Positions 37,975 to 49,246 of a stretch of 49,246 bases of DNA are shown here, piece after piece. Within the stretch, counting starts at the first letter, position 1; each line of letters begins with the position of its first letter. The DNA lies in assembly GCF_006345805.1 (NCBI RefSeq), contig NW_021834367.1, forward strand, positions 1-49,246, given 5' to 3'. The translations under genes were made by a program, and so were the position numbers. A model generated the notes under the pieces. That model was not told the DNA's origin. It saw only the letters and a program-made list of their open reading frames with translations, and ran no database searches. Origin of the DNA: Octopus sinensis. Its lineage: Eukaryota.

Positions 37975-38007
37975 ACGATGATGATGGCGATGATGATGAT
38001 GAAAATA

Positions 38008-38056
<49 letters not shown>

Positions 38057-38124
38057 TAATAATGATAATAATAATGAAGAATAATAATGATAATAATAAT
38101 ATAATGATAATAATAATAATTATA

Positions 38125-38169
<45 letters not shown>

Positions 38170-38400
38170 TAATAATAATAATGATGATGATGATGATTGA
38201 TGATGATGATGATAATAATAATAATTTAATAATAATAATAATGAGATGATGCGGATAATGGTAATAATAATAATAATAAGATAATGATGATGATAATTAT
38301 AATAATAATGATACTGATGATAATGATTATAATAATAATAATAATAATAATATAATAATAATAATATAATAATAATAATAATAGTAATAATAATAGTAGC
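37975..38400. repeat. (AAT)n/(GAT)n microsatellite
   Basis: Directly visible. Confidence 0.95.
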
Positions 38401-38699
38401 AATTGATATTTGGATAGTCTTTTCTGCACATCAACATGTTCCCCCGTTTGTTAGCAGAAAATAGAATTAACCAACAAGAGAAGCTTATTGCGCTCTGATT
38501 ATGCTAAAATAATAACTTGGAGTCAGCACAAGTGGAACATGTTATCGCTTTACCTTTAACGGAATCGTTTATCACAGGATATATTTCAATCCAAATAATG
38601 CCCTCTTGCAATTTCTGCAATCATTGACGTTCAAAGATAAATCATAGCAAGTTGGCTTAACATGAAATATTTTAGGAAAAAATAGGAAAATTGCACATA

Positions 38700-39110
38700 G
38701 GCGCAGGAGTGGCTGTGTGGTAAGTAGATTGTTTACCAACCACATGGTTCCGGGTTCAGTCCCACTGCGTGGCACCTTGGGCAAGTGTCTTCTACTATAG
38801 CCTCGGGCCGACCAAAGCCTTGTGAGTGGATTTGGTGGATGGAAACTGAAAGAAGCCCGTCGTATATATGTACATGTATATATGCGTGCGTGTGTTTGTG
38901 TGTCTGTGTTTGTCCCCCTAGCATTGCTTGACAACTGATGCTGGTGTGTTTATGTCCCCGTTACTTAGCGTTTCGGCAAAAGAGACCGATACAATAAGTA
39001 CTGGGCTTACAAAAGAATAAGTCCCGGGGTCGATTTGCTCGATTAAAAGGCGGTGCTCCAGCATGGCCGCAGTCAAATGACTGAAACAAGTAAAAGAGTA
39101 AAAGAGTAAA
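38700..39110 (+). mobile_element. Full-length family A SINE
   Basis: tRNA-like head (TGGCTGTGTGGT / GGTTCAGTCCC boxes), internal TA/TG repeat, (GTAAAAGA)n tail. Confidence 0.92.
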
Positions 39111-39307
39111 GCATAATCACAAAGATCGGCCTGTGTTACGGTATCATGATGTCCATTATCTTCCCTAATCGAGCCGTTTAAATCAAGAATATTATTCCCT
39201 TTATCCATCCGTCTTCTCATAGGTGGGTCGTGGTTGAGTAAAGTTTTCAGGCACCTTACCCATAGGGTGCTGTCAGAAGTAACAGTCATTACACTTTGCA
39301 TGTGAAA

Positions 39308-39605
39308 CTGGATATTCTCCAACCATATTTTTCTTAGTCTATCCTAGGTTTTCTGCTGGTTGGCTTGGCTTGAAGAACCACATATCTGTAATACCCGAGC
39401 TGTGGCCGCGCAATGCGAAGAGATAGCGGCTCAACCCGGAAAGACCATATTTGTCTCTGAGTTACATATCCTGTCGAGTAACGTTTATTTTAGCGGTCCT
39501 GTGGAGGGACTCCACTTAGGCCGCTTCTATTTGCGATCGTACGCTTTTGGATATTACCCAGCATTCATGACCATGAGCGAGAATAAGTACATAGACGAAA
39601 TTGAA
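39308..39605 (-). mobile_element. RTE-clade LINE ORF C-terminal relic
   Basis: VLILAHGHECWVISKSVRSQIEAA*...LQAKPTSRKPR...IWLENI matches the P.L.YG.ECW / RPRGRP..RW.D.I pattern. Confidence 0.75.
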
Positions 39606-39852
39606 GGTAGCTAGCTATTATGCCCTCAATCTCTTCTGAGGCTTACATGCTGGAGCTGCGGCACATTACTGTGCCAGCACCTGTAATTCTAGAATCCAGT
39701 TCATTATTGTGATATGTTTTTTAGTTATTCTAAGTTTTCATTGGATAAAAACCCAAAACATAAAAAAAATCAAACGAGAATATCAAACCACTTTTTCATT
39801 CTCTAGACTGACAAACAGTGAATAATCATAACAGAAGTGCCATGACCCTTCA

Positions 39853-40106
39853 ATTTAATTTGTTTTCTCGTAAGGACAAGGCAGAATCACTGTTGTAGAA
39901 AGGAACAGATGGTACCACTGTTAATACTACTGTGGGAATGGTCAAAGTGGTACCATTTGTCGTGGGAATAGAAAAAGTTGTACCATTTGTTGTGGGAAGG
40001 AACAGATTGTACCACTTTTGTGGAAACGGATAAGGTGATACCACTGTTGTGTGAATGGACAGATGGTACTACTATTGTGGGAATGGGCAAGGTGATGGTA
40101 TTTTTT
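39853..40106. repeat. 254-bp direct duplicate of 37011-37264
   Basis: 7 substitutions by hand alignment; offset 2842. Confidence 0.93.
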
Positions 40107-40276
40107 TGACCTATGATGGATGAATGTCAATGTTTCCTCAAGACTCCATGATAAACGTACAGAAGTTGGGAAGTTTCCCTTTATTACTTTCACGTGTAAT
40201 AAGATCACGGAACAAGTAGCAAAGTAATCGTTATAGCTGCTAACGATTCTGCCAACATTATTAAAAATAATTATAA

Positions 40277-40826
40277 GTTGTATCTGCAGAATTATGGAAT
40301 CAAGAAACATAGCTAAGACTATTTATACCATAATGTAGCGTAAAATATCCTACATGGTTCGTGTGAAAGGATTACCCTAATGAATTTCGCATGATTGCTG
40401 CCAAATGCGAAAATCCTTATCCACATGACTTCCTGAAAACAAAAAACCCCGGACCGAGTGTTAGGCATCTCTCCATATATTTTAGATGTCGGGATATAGG
40501 TTCAAAGTCCCCAAAAGTTATTTTTAGATTTGGTCAGTGGGTCAGTAGCAGTGGATTTTGGCATATTTCAGTGATAAATACAACAGCTATTGCAACATAG
40601 ACGCATATGTAACGGTCAAGCAGTGAAATATATCCTTAAATAAAGGTAACGACTACATAACGATCGGCGTTACTGAAGAAACAAATCGGAGAAGCCAAAA
40701 CAAATGAAATTAATAATGAAATTAATGGCGGCTATATTTCAGCATTCAAATGGACTCAGGAGATAATAGGAGTTAAATTACATGGTGGCAATCCAGTTGT
40801 GCAACAGCTAATAGTTAATTTAGAAG
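40277..40826 (+). mobile_element. Helitron Rep-domain relic
   Basis: Across frameshifts: VVSAEL, ILHGSC, KCENPYPHDF, YFRCRDIG, DKYNSYCNI, AVKYILK, KGND, GYISAF...GVKLHGGNPVVQQLIVNLE, collinear with Helitron SAEIP/MIHGPC/YRRR/AVKY.YKY..KG.D/RYIS...LH...V.RL.VHL. Confidence 0.78.
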
Positions 40827-40929
40827 TGACAGCAGAAATAATGACGCAAATCTGAATGAATAAGAGTTAAATGTGATTCCCATGCCTCGTGTCTCAGCCT
40901 TAGAATGCTCAATCTGTCACCAAAAGTCT

Positions 40930-41334
40930 GCGGAAACTTGCAATGGAGTAGAGGGGCCGAGGGGCAGAGGGGCAGAGAAGCAGAGGGAAGTAGAGCCGAA
41001 GGGAAAAGGAGCAGTGGGACAATTATACAACAACCATCTTTGGAATTTAAGGCACCCTGATAAGGGACACACAACAAGCCTTTCGGCTTTAATCGGGAAA
41101 CTTAAAGACGACGGGACCAATTTCGATATGAAATGGAGAATCCTCTCTAAATCCAAACCCTGTATTAACTGGTTTAAAAAATGCTCAGGGTGTTCGCTTG
41201 GAAAAGATGTATCTATTAAAACACATGAAAACCTCCAACGAATTCATAAATTCGAGGAACGGGATTTTTTTTTATGTCCACATTTCATAAAATACATCCT
41301 GTCAGAATTTAAAAGTAGATCACCAGACACTTAG
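40930..41334 (+). mobile_element. Second PLE relic (GIY-YIG C-terminal region)
   Basis: YNNHLWNLRH...TSLSALIGKLKDDGTNFDMKWRILSKSKP...CSGC...CPH resembles YNNHxxSF/T.LS..iW.LK/i.W.I/C.LC/C.H; a GGGGCAGAG repeat occupies the YIG position. Confidence 0.75.
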
Positions 41335-41589
41335 TAAACCATTAAAATCCGCTTTACACTGCTTGACATCGAATATTGTAGCGACGGTTATCTTCTTTTG
41401 TTTTTCTTTTTCGTTTTCTTCTTTACCAGTGTCTCTCAAAAGACAACTTACAAATGGTCTTGTTCTCAGTTTGATAAATTGCGGAATAAATTACTATTTC
41501 CACCAGGTAACCCTGGGTTTCTACAATTGTTAGGCATGCGGTTTTCAATTTAAGATTACACACGCGCGCGCGCGCATTTACAGACGTAT

Positions 41590-41805
41590 GTGTGTGTGTT
41601 TGTACCCCCACTGACACCTGACAGCCAGTGTTGGTGTGTTTACGTGTCCGTAACTTAGCAGTTCGGCAAAACGAGACTCTGGAATAAGCGACAGACGTAA
41701 CAATAAATACATAAATGACTAAATAAAGACAAGTACCAAAAGTTCTTGAAGGCGGTGCCCCAACATGGCCACATTCTAATGATTGAAGCAGGTAAAATAT
41801 AAAAG
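41590..41805 (+). mobile_element. Family A SINE tail, diverged
   Basis: GTTGGTGTGTTTACGTGTCCGTAACTTAGCAGTTCGGCAAAA...AAGGCGGTGCCCCAACATGGCCAC. Confidence 0.75.
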
Positions 41806-42584
41806 ATATACTGTCGATTTTCGATTTTCGCCTCAAAATAGCTTTTTGGACACAACACCCCCACGCCTCTCACCACTTCCACTTTCTTTTCCTCTCTCTT
41901 TCTCCCTACTTATTCACTCTCTTCCCTTCTCTTTCTTTCTCTGCTTAACTTCAGCACACCTATATGCATAATTTACACACAGCTACACACTTACATAACA
42001 TACATATTTGCTTGGCAAATACACACACACACACACACACAAACGCACAAACACATACTCGTGCACTCCAACACGCACAAACGTACATATATGTATACAT
42101 ATGTAAATATATGTATATTTATATAGACTAGCGGGATTTGACGGAATTTAATAGTAAACCTATTGGGTTATTTCTTAAAACTTTATCCAAAAAAACCTGA
42201 AAGCGTAGCCTGTGTTGTGTTGGTATACTCATTGAAAAGTGAAGGAAACTGGAATACGATGATTACTTAATGCACTTTATATATACACTTTATATAATTT
42301 TATAGACTTAATACACAGCATTTATAAAATAAGTATACAGTCTTATTTTTGCACTTTCCCCATAAAGAAAAAAAAAATCCTGCACATATGATACAACCTT
42401 TAGTTAAACTGTATATATCTACCACGTAAAGAAGCATGAATATTTCATGGAATTGCACTTATGCGCATGCGTTAAGTAGTAGGTGATATGAAAAAACCTA
42501 CACTTTTCACTAAGCACTCACTGCCACCACCTCCACCCCCACCGATACCACCACCAGCGTCTCTCAAAAGACAAGAGTTGTATC

Positions 42585-43097
42585 GCCACTACCACCACCA
42601 CCACCACTACCACTACCTCCACTACCTCCACTAACACCGCCACCACCACCACCACCACCACCACCATCACCACCACCAATACTACCACTACCACCTCCAC
42701 CACCACCACCACCATCACCACCACCACCTCCACCACCACCACCACTACTACCACCACCACCACAAACACCACCACAACTACCACCACAACCACAACCACT
42801 ACCTCCACTACCTCCACCACCACCACCATCACCACCACCACCACCACCACTAACACCACCACAACTACCACCACAACCACTACCACCACTACCACCACCA
42901 CACCACCACCACCACCACTACCACTACCACCACCACCTCCACCACCACCACCACCACCACTACTACCACCACCACCCACCACAACCACCACCACAACCAC
43001 AACCACTACCTCCACTACCTCCACCACCACCATCACCACCACCACCACCACTAACACCACCACCACGAACAACACTACCACCACCACCACCACCACC
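42585..43097. repeat. (CCA)n array with CTA/ACA variants and an internal higher-order duplication
   Basis: Directly visible. Confidence 0.95.
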
Positions 43098-43340
43098 AGT
43101 CTCTCTTTCTCTGCCTTTCTTTAACCTCACCATCTGAACATTACCCCTCTGCTAAATTTATATGTTCAGTCTCTTCCTCTTCATCACAACCTTCAACTAA
43201 CTTTTTTAATCACGTAATAACTATTACGTTCCCCCTGCCTCACGTCATGGACACTTCTCCCTCCCTCTTTTTCTCTAATCACGTGAAAGCGTCACCGACG
43301 GAATTTTGCAATATCATTTTATTCACTTAGTTTTATATGT

Positions 43341-44390
43341 TTACTCTTTGATCACTTTCGGAGTTTTCTCCATTTGAAGCAAAGCATCGGTCCAGACGCA
43401 TTTTTCACGATACGAAGTCGTAGAACTTTCGCGAAGTGATGCCTTTTAACGCATCCGTCGTTGTTTTTTTTCTTCTTCATGTCTTCCACATATGCAAAAC
43501 ATTTTCTTTTAAGGACTTTTCATTCGGAGAACAGAAAAAAGTCACAGGGAGAAAGATCGGATGAACAGTGAGGGTGGGTAAGCGAGATCGTACCATTTTT
43601 GGTCAAAAACTGTTTCACACTCAAGGCAGTTTGCGCATGCGCATTGACCTCCATTCTCTTCTCATGAAACCTCCATTCTCCACTTTGCAACAGGTCGGGA
43701 CGTTTTCGTCTCACTGCGTCTCGCAAACGTTTCAGAACTGTCAAGTAAAATGTCTGGTTAGCAATTTGACCAGGAGGAACAAATTCTGTGTGGACAATTT
43801 CCTTTCGTATACATGCAACAAATCAGCATCGTCTTGACACTGGACTTCACTTCACACGCATTTTTGGGGCGTGATGACATTGAATGCTTTCGTTGACTTG
43901 GTTGCTGCTTTGTTTCCGGATCGTAGCCGTAGCACCAGCTTTCGTTGTCAGTGATGACCTGCGGAGAAAGGTTTGGATCAAATTCAAGCTGTTCTTTCAG
44001 TTCACGACACGCATTCAGTCGTAACTGCTTTTGATCTTCCATGAGCAAGCGAGGCATAAATTTTGCTGCAGCTCTTTTCATTTGCAATTCCACGCTTCAA
44101 ATTCGTTGGCAGGAGCTCCAGGATACACCAGTTGTATCATCAAGTTCGTCAATTGTTCGGCTACGGTCTTCCAAGTCCAGTTCATGAATTTTCGTGAGGT
44201 TTTCATTCGTTCGGGAGGTCGACGGTTGCCATGAACGAGATTGGTCTTCAAGTGACAAATGGCTATTCCTAAAGCCTGAAAACCTTTCGAAAACCCCTCT
44301 TTTGCTAAGGTAGCGTCACTGTAAGCGGTTTCGGTCTCCGTTTCCTTCAGCAGGAAGCAGAATTTCACGGAAGTACGCTGTTCCTTCGTT
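43341..44390 (-). mobile_element. Mariner (DD34D-type) transposase pseudogene, near full length, frameshifted
   Basis: EQRTSVKFCFLL, AKFMPRLL, ITDNESWCYGYDPETKQQ, VLKRLRDAVRRKRP, NAHAQTAL, HPHCSSDLSPCDFFLF. Confidence 0.92.
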
Positions 44391-44392
44391 CC

Positions 44393-44575
44393 CCTACACC
44401 GCTTGACAACCGTTGTTAGTGTATTTGTGACCCTGTAAATTAGCAGTTCGGCAAAACGGATCAATAGAATAAGTATCACGCTTAAAAATGTGTTGGAATC
44501 GATACATTCGACAATAAATTCTTCAAGGCGGAGTCCCACCATGGGCGCAGTCTAAGGACTGAAACAAGTAAATGA
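44393..44575 (+). mobile_element. Family A SINE tail
   Basis: CGCTTGACAACCG...AGTTCGGCAAAA...GACTGAAACAAGTAAA. Confidence 0.75.
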
Positions 44576-44579
44576 TAGA

Positions 44580-44608
44580 AGATATATATATATATATATA
44601 TATGTGTT

Positions 44609-44649
<41 letters not shown>

Positions 44650-44985
44650 TCTGTCTGTCTGTCTGTGTGTGTCTGTGTGTGTGTGAATGTGTGCGTGTGT
44701 TTGTGTGTAAATACTGAAGTATTTCACACACCAAATGATGTAAATAAATCACCTATACAAGAGTCGGAACAGTTCTCGCTCGAGGACTGCATTGGCGTGA
44801 ACTCAATTTGCGAGACAGACTTCCAGTCTCAATAAACTGCATTTTATGCACCCACTATATATACATAAATATACATACATATACATATATATATATATAT
44901 ATATATGTATTATATATATATATATATATGTGTGTGTGTATATATGTATATATATAATGTATATATATATATGTGTGGTTATAGG

Positions 44986-45017
<32 letters not shown>

Positions 45018-45697
45018 TATATAGACATATATATATATATATATATATATCTATATATATATATATATATTATATATACATATATATTAATGAATACACA
45101 CGTGCGCACACAGGCACACAGACACACACGCACGCGCAGCCACACACACAACGCTTTCTGTAATGTTATCTGAACACTGTTTTACCGTTCCTGTGGAGAA
45201 CAGATTAATTTTATATTTTAATAGGACGCCGTTGCAAAACCAGCAACATTAATATATGGGAATTTAGCTTCGTTTGAAGCCGCGTTGCTCACAATAATGA
45301 CAATTGTTATTAAATTATAAAACTAACATATGTTCGAAATGGCTATTTGATGTTACGTATGAATTATCCGTGTTAAAAAAATTATCATTAAATTATAACC
45401 TACAATAATTATGTGTCGTTATTTTTTTACTTTATTTTTGATTACCGTTATTAATTTTTTTTTTTGTGTGCGTTAAATTACCTACAGAATTCCAGTATGT
45501 TTGAAATACACAGACACACATACACACCACACACACACACGACCACACACATATATAAATACGTACACACATGTATATACACATATTTACAGATTATGTA
45601 TATGTATACACATTCAAGTATGTATATGTATATATATATGTGCGTATACTAATGTTTCTGTGTATATATGTTTACATATATATGCATGTATATATAT

Positions 45698-45755
<58 letters not shown>

Positions 45756-45881
45756 TAAGTGTGTATGTGCGCGCGCGCAAGTATTACAGAATTATGGTAC
45801 ATATCTTTTATCTATAAAATATTTTATAATATAATGGGTGGATATCATGACACATATTCTAGGATTTTATATATATAAGTG

Positions 45882-45939
<58 letters not shown>

Positions 45940-46246
45940 ATACATATACATATATACATATACATATATATAATATATATATATATGCATATACATATAT
46001 ATATATACATAATATATGTATTTACACATATATACATACACACGTACATATATATGTATATATATATATATAATATATATATACATACATATTGTAAAAC
46101 GCTTTGTAAATTAATAAAGTAAAGATGTTTACTCTCTCACAATTTTTGCTAGTGTAGAATATTATTAATGGGCACCGTTCCTGAGAATCTGTCGCCTTTA
46201 CATTGTGTTGAAATTATTTTTATATATATATATATATATATAATAT

Positions 46247-46297
<51 letters not shown>

Positions 46298-46453
46298 TAT
46301 AAGTGTGGTTGTATGTGTATGTACATATGTATATGCACACCACATACACAACACTTATACAATATATAATATATATATATATATATGATATATATATATT
46401 ATATATATTTATGCATATATATATATTTATAAAAATACGTACATACATATATA

Positions 46454-46493
<40 letters not shown>

Positions 46494-46772
46494 TATATTA
46501 TATATATATATATATATACTTACACACACACACACACACAAATATATATAGATATTTACCTACAGAAATATACACCCCACATACACACATACACACACTC
46601 TCACACATATATGTTAAGAGCAGTCTGCAAATTATTGTGTGTGTGTGCATATACGGATGAACATACACAAACACTTATACACACACACACATCACACATA
46701 TATATATATATTTAATATGTACATACCCCCATATATCTATTCATAACACATAAATATGTTGTATATTTATAC

Positions 46773-46833
<61 letters not shown>

Positions 46834-46920
46834 ATATATTATATTATATATGTATATATAATATACTATATATATATGCACATACATATGTGTATGTGAA
46901 ACTATATGTAAATATATATA
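44580..46920. repeat. (TA)n/(TG)n/(CA)n microsatellite field with short unique spacers
   Basis: Directly visible. Confidence 0.9.
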
Positions 46921-47068
46921 CTTATATACATATATGTAAACGTATTCTGTATAAACATAAACACGCGCATGCGCAAGTGCGCGCGTGTGTGTGCTAGTGT
47001 GTGCGCGTGTGTGATTACGTTTCTACCATCTATTTTCGAAGTCTTTCTCAAATATTTTTTACTTACAG

Positions 47069-47184
47069 GTCGTCGAAGTTTGATTGTATCTAATGGTTTT
47101 ATCGACTCGTTTGTGTCAGAAATAATTGAGTATATACAAACAATTTTTGATCCAAAGAGTCTCAATTATGTGTTTGTAAAATAA
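47069..47184 (+). other. Candidate terminal exon of unknown gene
   Basis: TTTTTTACTTACAG|G acceptor, then RRSLIVSNGFIDSFVSEIIEYIQTIFDPKSLNYVFVK*; the same site reads GTAAGT on the minus strand, so it is ambiguous. Confidence 0.22.
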
Positions 47185-47358
47185 GTATTAAATCGAGTCT
47201 GATGTTAAATTGTACTAAGTAAATATTCTTCTAGTAAAGAATGAATTGCAACATTAATACGCTTATAGTATTTCCTTATTAATGTTATCTCACCGCAGTT
47301 CGGCCGCCTGTTCGAGATGTCTTTAGGTTTTGACTAATCTAACGAATCTGTATCAACT

Positions 47359-47615
47359 GGCGCAGGCTCACGGCCTACTGGTGAGCGTGTTGCACTCACA
47401 ATCAGGAGACTATGGTTTCGATGACAAGACCGGTGTTTGTTTTTTGCCACCCCAAAACTTGACAAATGGTGTTGTTTTGTTTACATCTCCATAATTTAGT
47501 GGGTCAACAATAGAAACCTAAAGGGTAAGTAACGGGCTGGTGGGGTCTATTTGTTCTGCTAAAATCTTTCAAGGCAGTGTCCCTGGTCGGTGGAGGGCCA
47601 ATCACTGAAATAAGT
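47359..47615 (+). mobile_element. Old tRNA-SINE relic with family A-like tail
   Basis: GGCGCAGG...GGTTTCGAT head; TTCAAGGCAGTG...ACTGAAATAAGTAAAA tail. Confidence 0.5.
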
Positions 47616-48088
47616 AAAAAAAATATAACTTTTTGCCCTTTAGAATTCAGATTACTCTGACAAACGAAGTGTTTATTCACATCGCTTAGAATTGATAACA
47701 CATTATCTCATAGATTTGGGATTCCAATGAAGTGATTATTTATTTTTAGAATGATATTGTAGGGTAGGTGTAAGAGGCGGATACGGTAGATTATTTGAGC
47801 CGGATATGGCCAGCTTAATATTAATTTAAATATTAAATTGTCGAGATAGGTCACGTGATAAGATATCTTGCTTCAATATCCAATAATTTTATAAGATAAA
47901 GCTTTATAAATGAAGAATGACATTTAAAAAAATATTTTACTTTTTTCTTTGGTAGTTTTCATTGCTTATATTTTTTTCTGGCATTTTGAAGATTTCTATA
48001 TAACCAATAAATATTCTGCTTTAATAGTATCGCGCTCTTGAAAAAAAGATAAAATGTGAAGCTGAAATGATGGATTCGAATAAAAACA

Positions 48089-48500
48089 GTTAACCCTTTT
48101 TCTTAATACATTACCTGACTTCCAATTAATTTTTGAAATGATGAAAAATTTAGTAAAATAATTTAATATCAAGCTGGTGTTTGGAACCTAAAGTAGAATG
48201 AATTCTGATAGGTTTTAATTTAGGTCACTTTAAAGCAAGAAGTAGTTTGTATCATAGAACGAGGGATGGTTTTAGGTGAGGTACAAAACATAAAAACTGA
48301 TGAAGTCCTACAATGTTTAACCCCTTTGTTATGTATTTAGGTTAAAATTCACCGACATCGTTTCATTTAATGTTGAAAATAATGAAGAATTTATGAAAAT
48401 AATGGATTTGGAACAAATTAACTTGAAAATTCTGATGGAAGATTTTAATTTAGACCGAACAAAATGAAGGAATTTGTACCATAGAACCAGGGGCGTTTTC
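48089..48500. mobile_element. Two diverged copies of a non-autonomous element starting TTAACCC(C)TTT (piggyBac-like terminus)
   Basis: Copies at ~48089-48280 and ~48317-48500 share AATGA-GAA-AATTTA, TTTGGAAC, TTTTAATTTAG and TTTGTA-CATAGAAC blocks. Confidence 0.45.
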
Positions 48501-48664
48501 AGCAGAATGTTATCAAACGGGTATAAAACGCTGCTCTAAAATATGTATGAAGCAATTTATTGATTAAACAGTTATCTTAAATACATACAAGCATATATAC
48601 ATATATATATATATGTGTATGTGTGTGTGTGTGTGTGCGTGTGTGTGTGTGTTTGTGTGTGTGT

Positions 48665-49068
48665 GTTGTATTTTGGGATGCTCATTTGTTTTGCTAAATA
48701 AACACACACACTATACATTCGTTCTTCATTCGTTTAGGAGTAGGGGACGGAGGATGAGGGGAGGGTCATAGTGCTACTAAGAACAATGACACACGCACAC
48801 ACACATGAGCACACACACACGCAAACGCAGACGCATGTGCATATAAGTATATACATCATAGAAGAACCGAATAGCAAAAGCAGAGCAAGAGCACACACAA
48901 AGACGGAAAGTGTTACCGAGGAGGTCACAGATGTGTGACAAAAGATTTCCAGACAATGGACATGAGTCAGAATAAGAACAGTAATAAACGAGTAAAGAAC
49001 AAATATATAGTACGTATGTTTATTTGGCAAAATAAACTCAAAACAATGACCATCCCGAAATACAACAA
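48665..49068. repeat. Inverted pair of a ~75-bp repeat
   Basis: TTGTATTTTGGGATGCTCATT...TTTTGCTAAATAAAC...ACTATACATTCGTTCTT at 48665-48735 versus its diverged reverse complement at ~48985-49068. Confidence 0.7.
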
Positions 49069-49246
49069 TATCTGTTTCAACACACGACTTCACATCAAGA
49101 ATCTTGCAACACAAATTCATATACGTATATATATGTATGTGTGTGTGTGTATGTGTGCGTGTATGTGTGTATGTGAGTTTGTGGTGTATATAAATATATA
49201 TATATATACATGTACATGTGGTTTGTGTGTGTGTACGTATGTATGC

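Overview
AT-rich, repeat-saturated animal DNA. The dense (AT)n/(CA)n/(ATT)n microsatellites and recurring tRNA-derived SINEs resemble Octopus genomes (recognition from memory, not searched). Nearly all supplied ORFs are microsatellite shadows. The only host coding exon I can support is a 50-codon first coding exon of an SCYL2/SCY1-like pseudokinase (minus strand, 12152-12301, GTAAGT donor); its next exon was not found in the window. Upstream lies a 7-kb trinucleotide-rich zone containing a 45/51-nt tandem repeat whose frame is broken by one 50-nt unit. The rest is a transposon graveyard: Tc1/mariner relics and a MITE, a CR1 3' end, an RTE relic, two Penelope-like (PLE) relics, Helitron relics and four SINE-like families (my labels A-D), several nested with target-site duplications (TSDs). 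Best leads: two degenerate minimal hammerhead-ribozyme-like motifs (1270, 2808), a 105-bp fold-back replacing a PLE GIY-YIG motif, a SINE tandem trimer, a duplicated 29-bp satellite beside Helitron relics, and two phase-compatible plus-strand exon candidates. Relic boundaries are approximate. No tRNA/rRNA gene or CRISPR array is supported.
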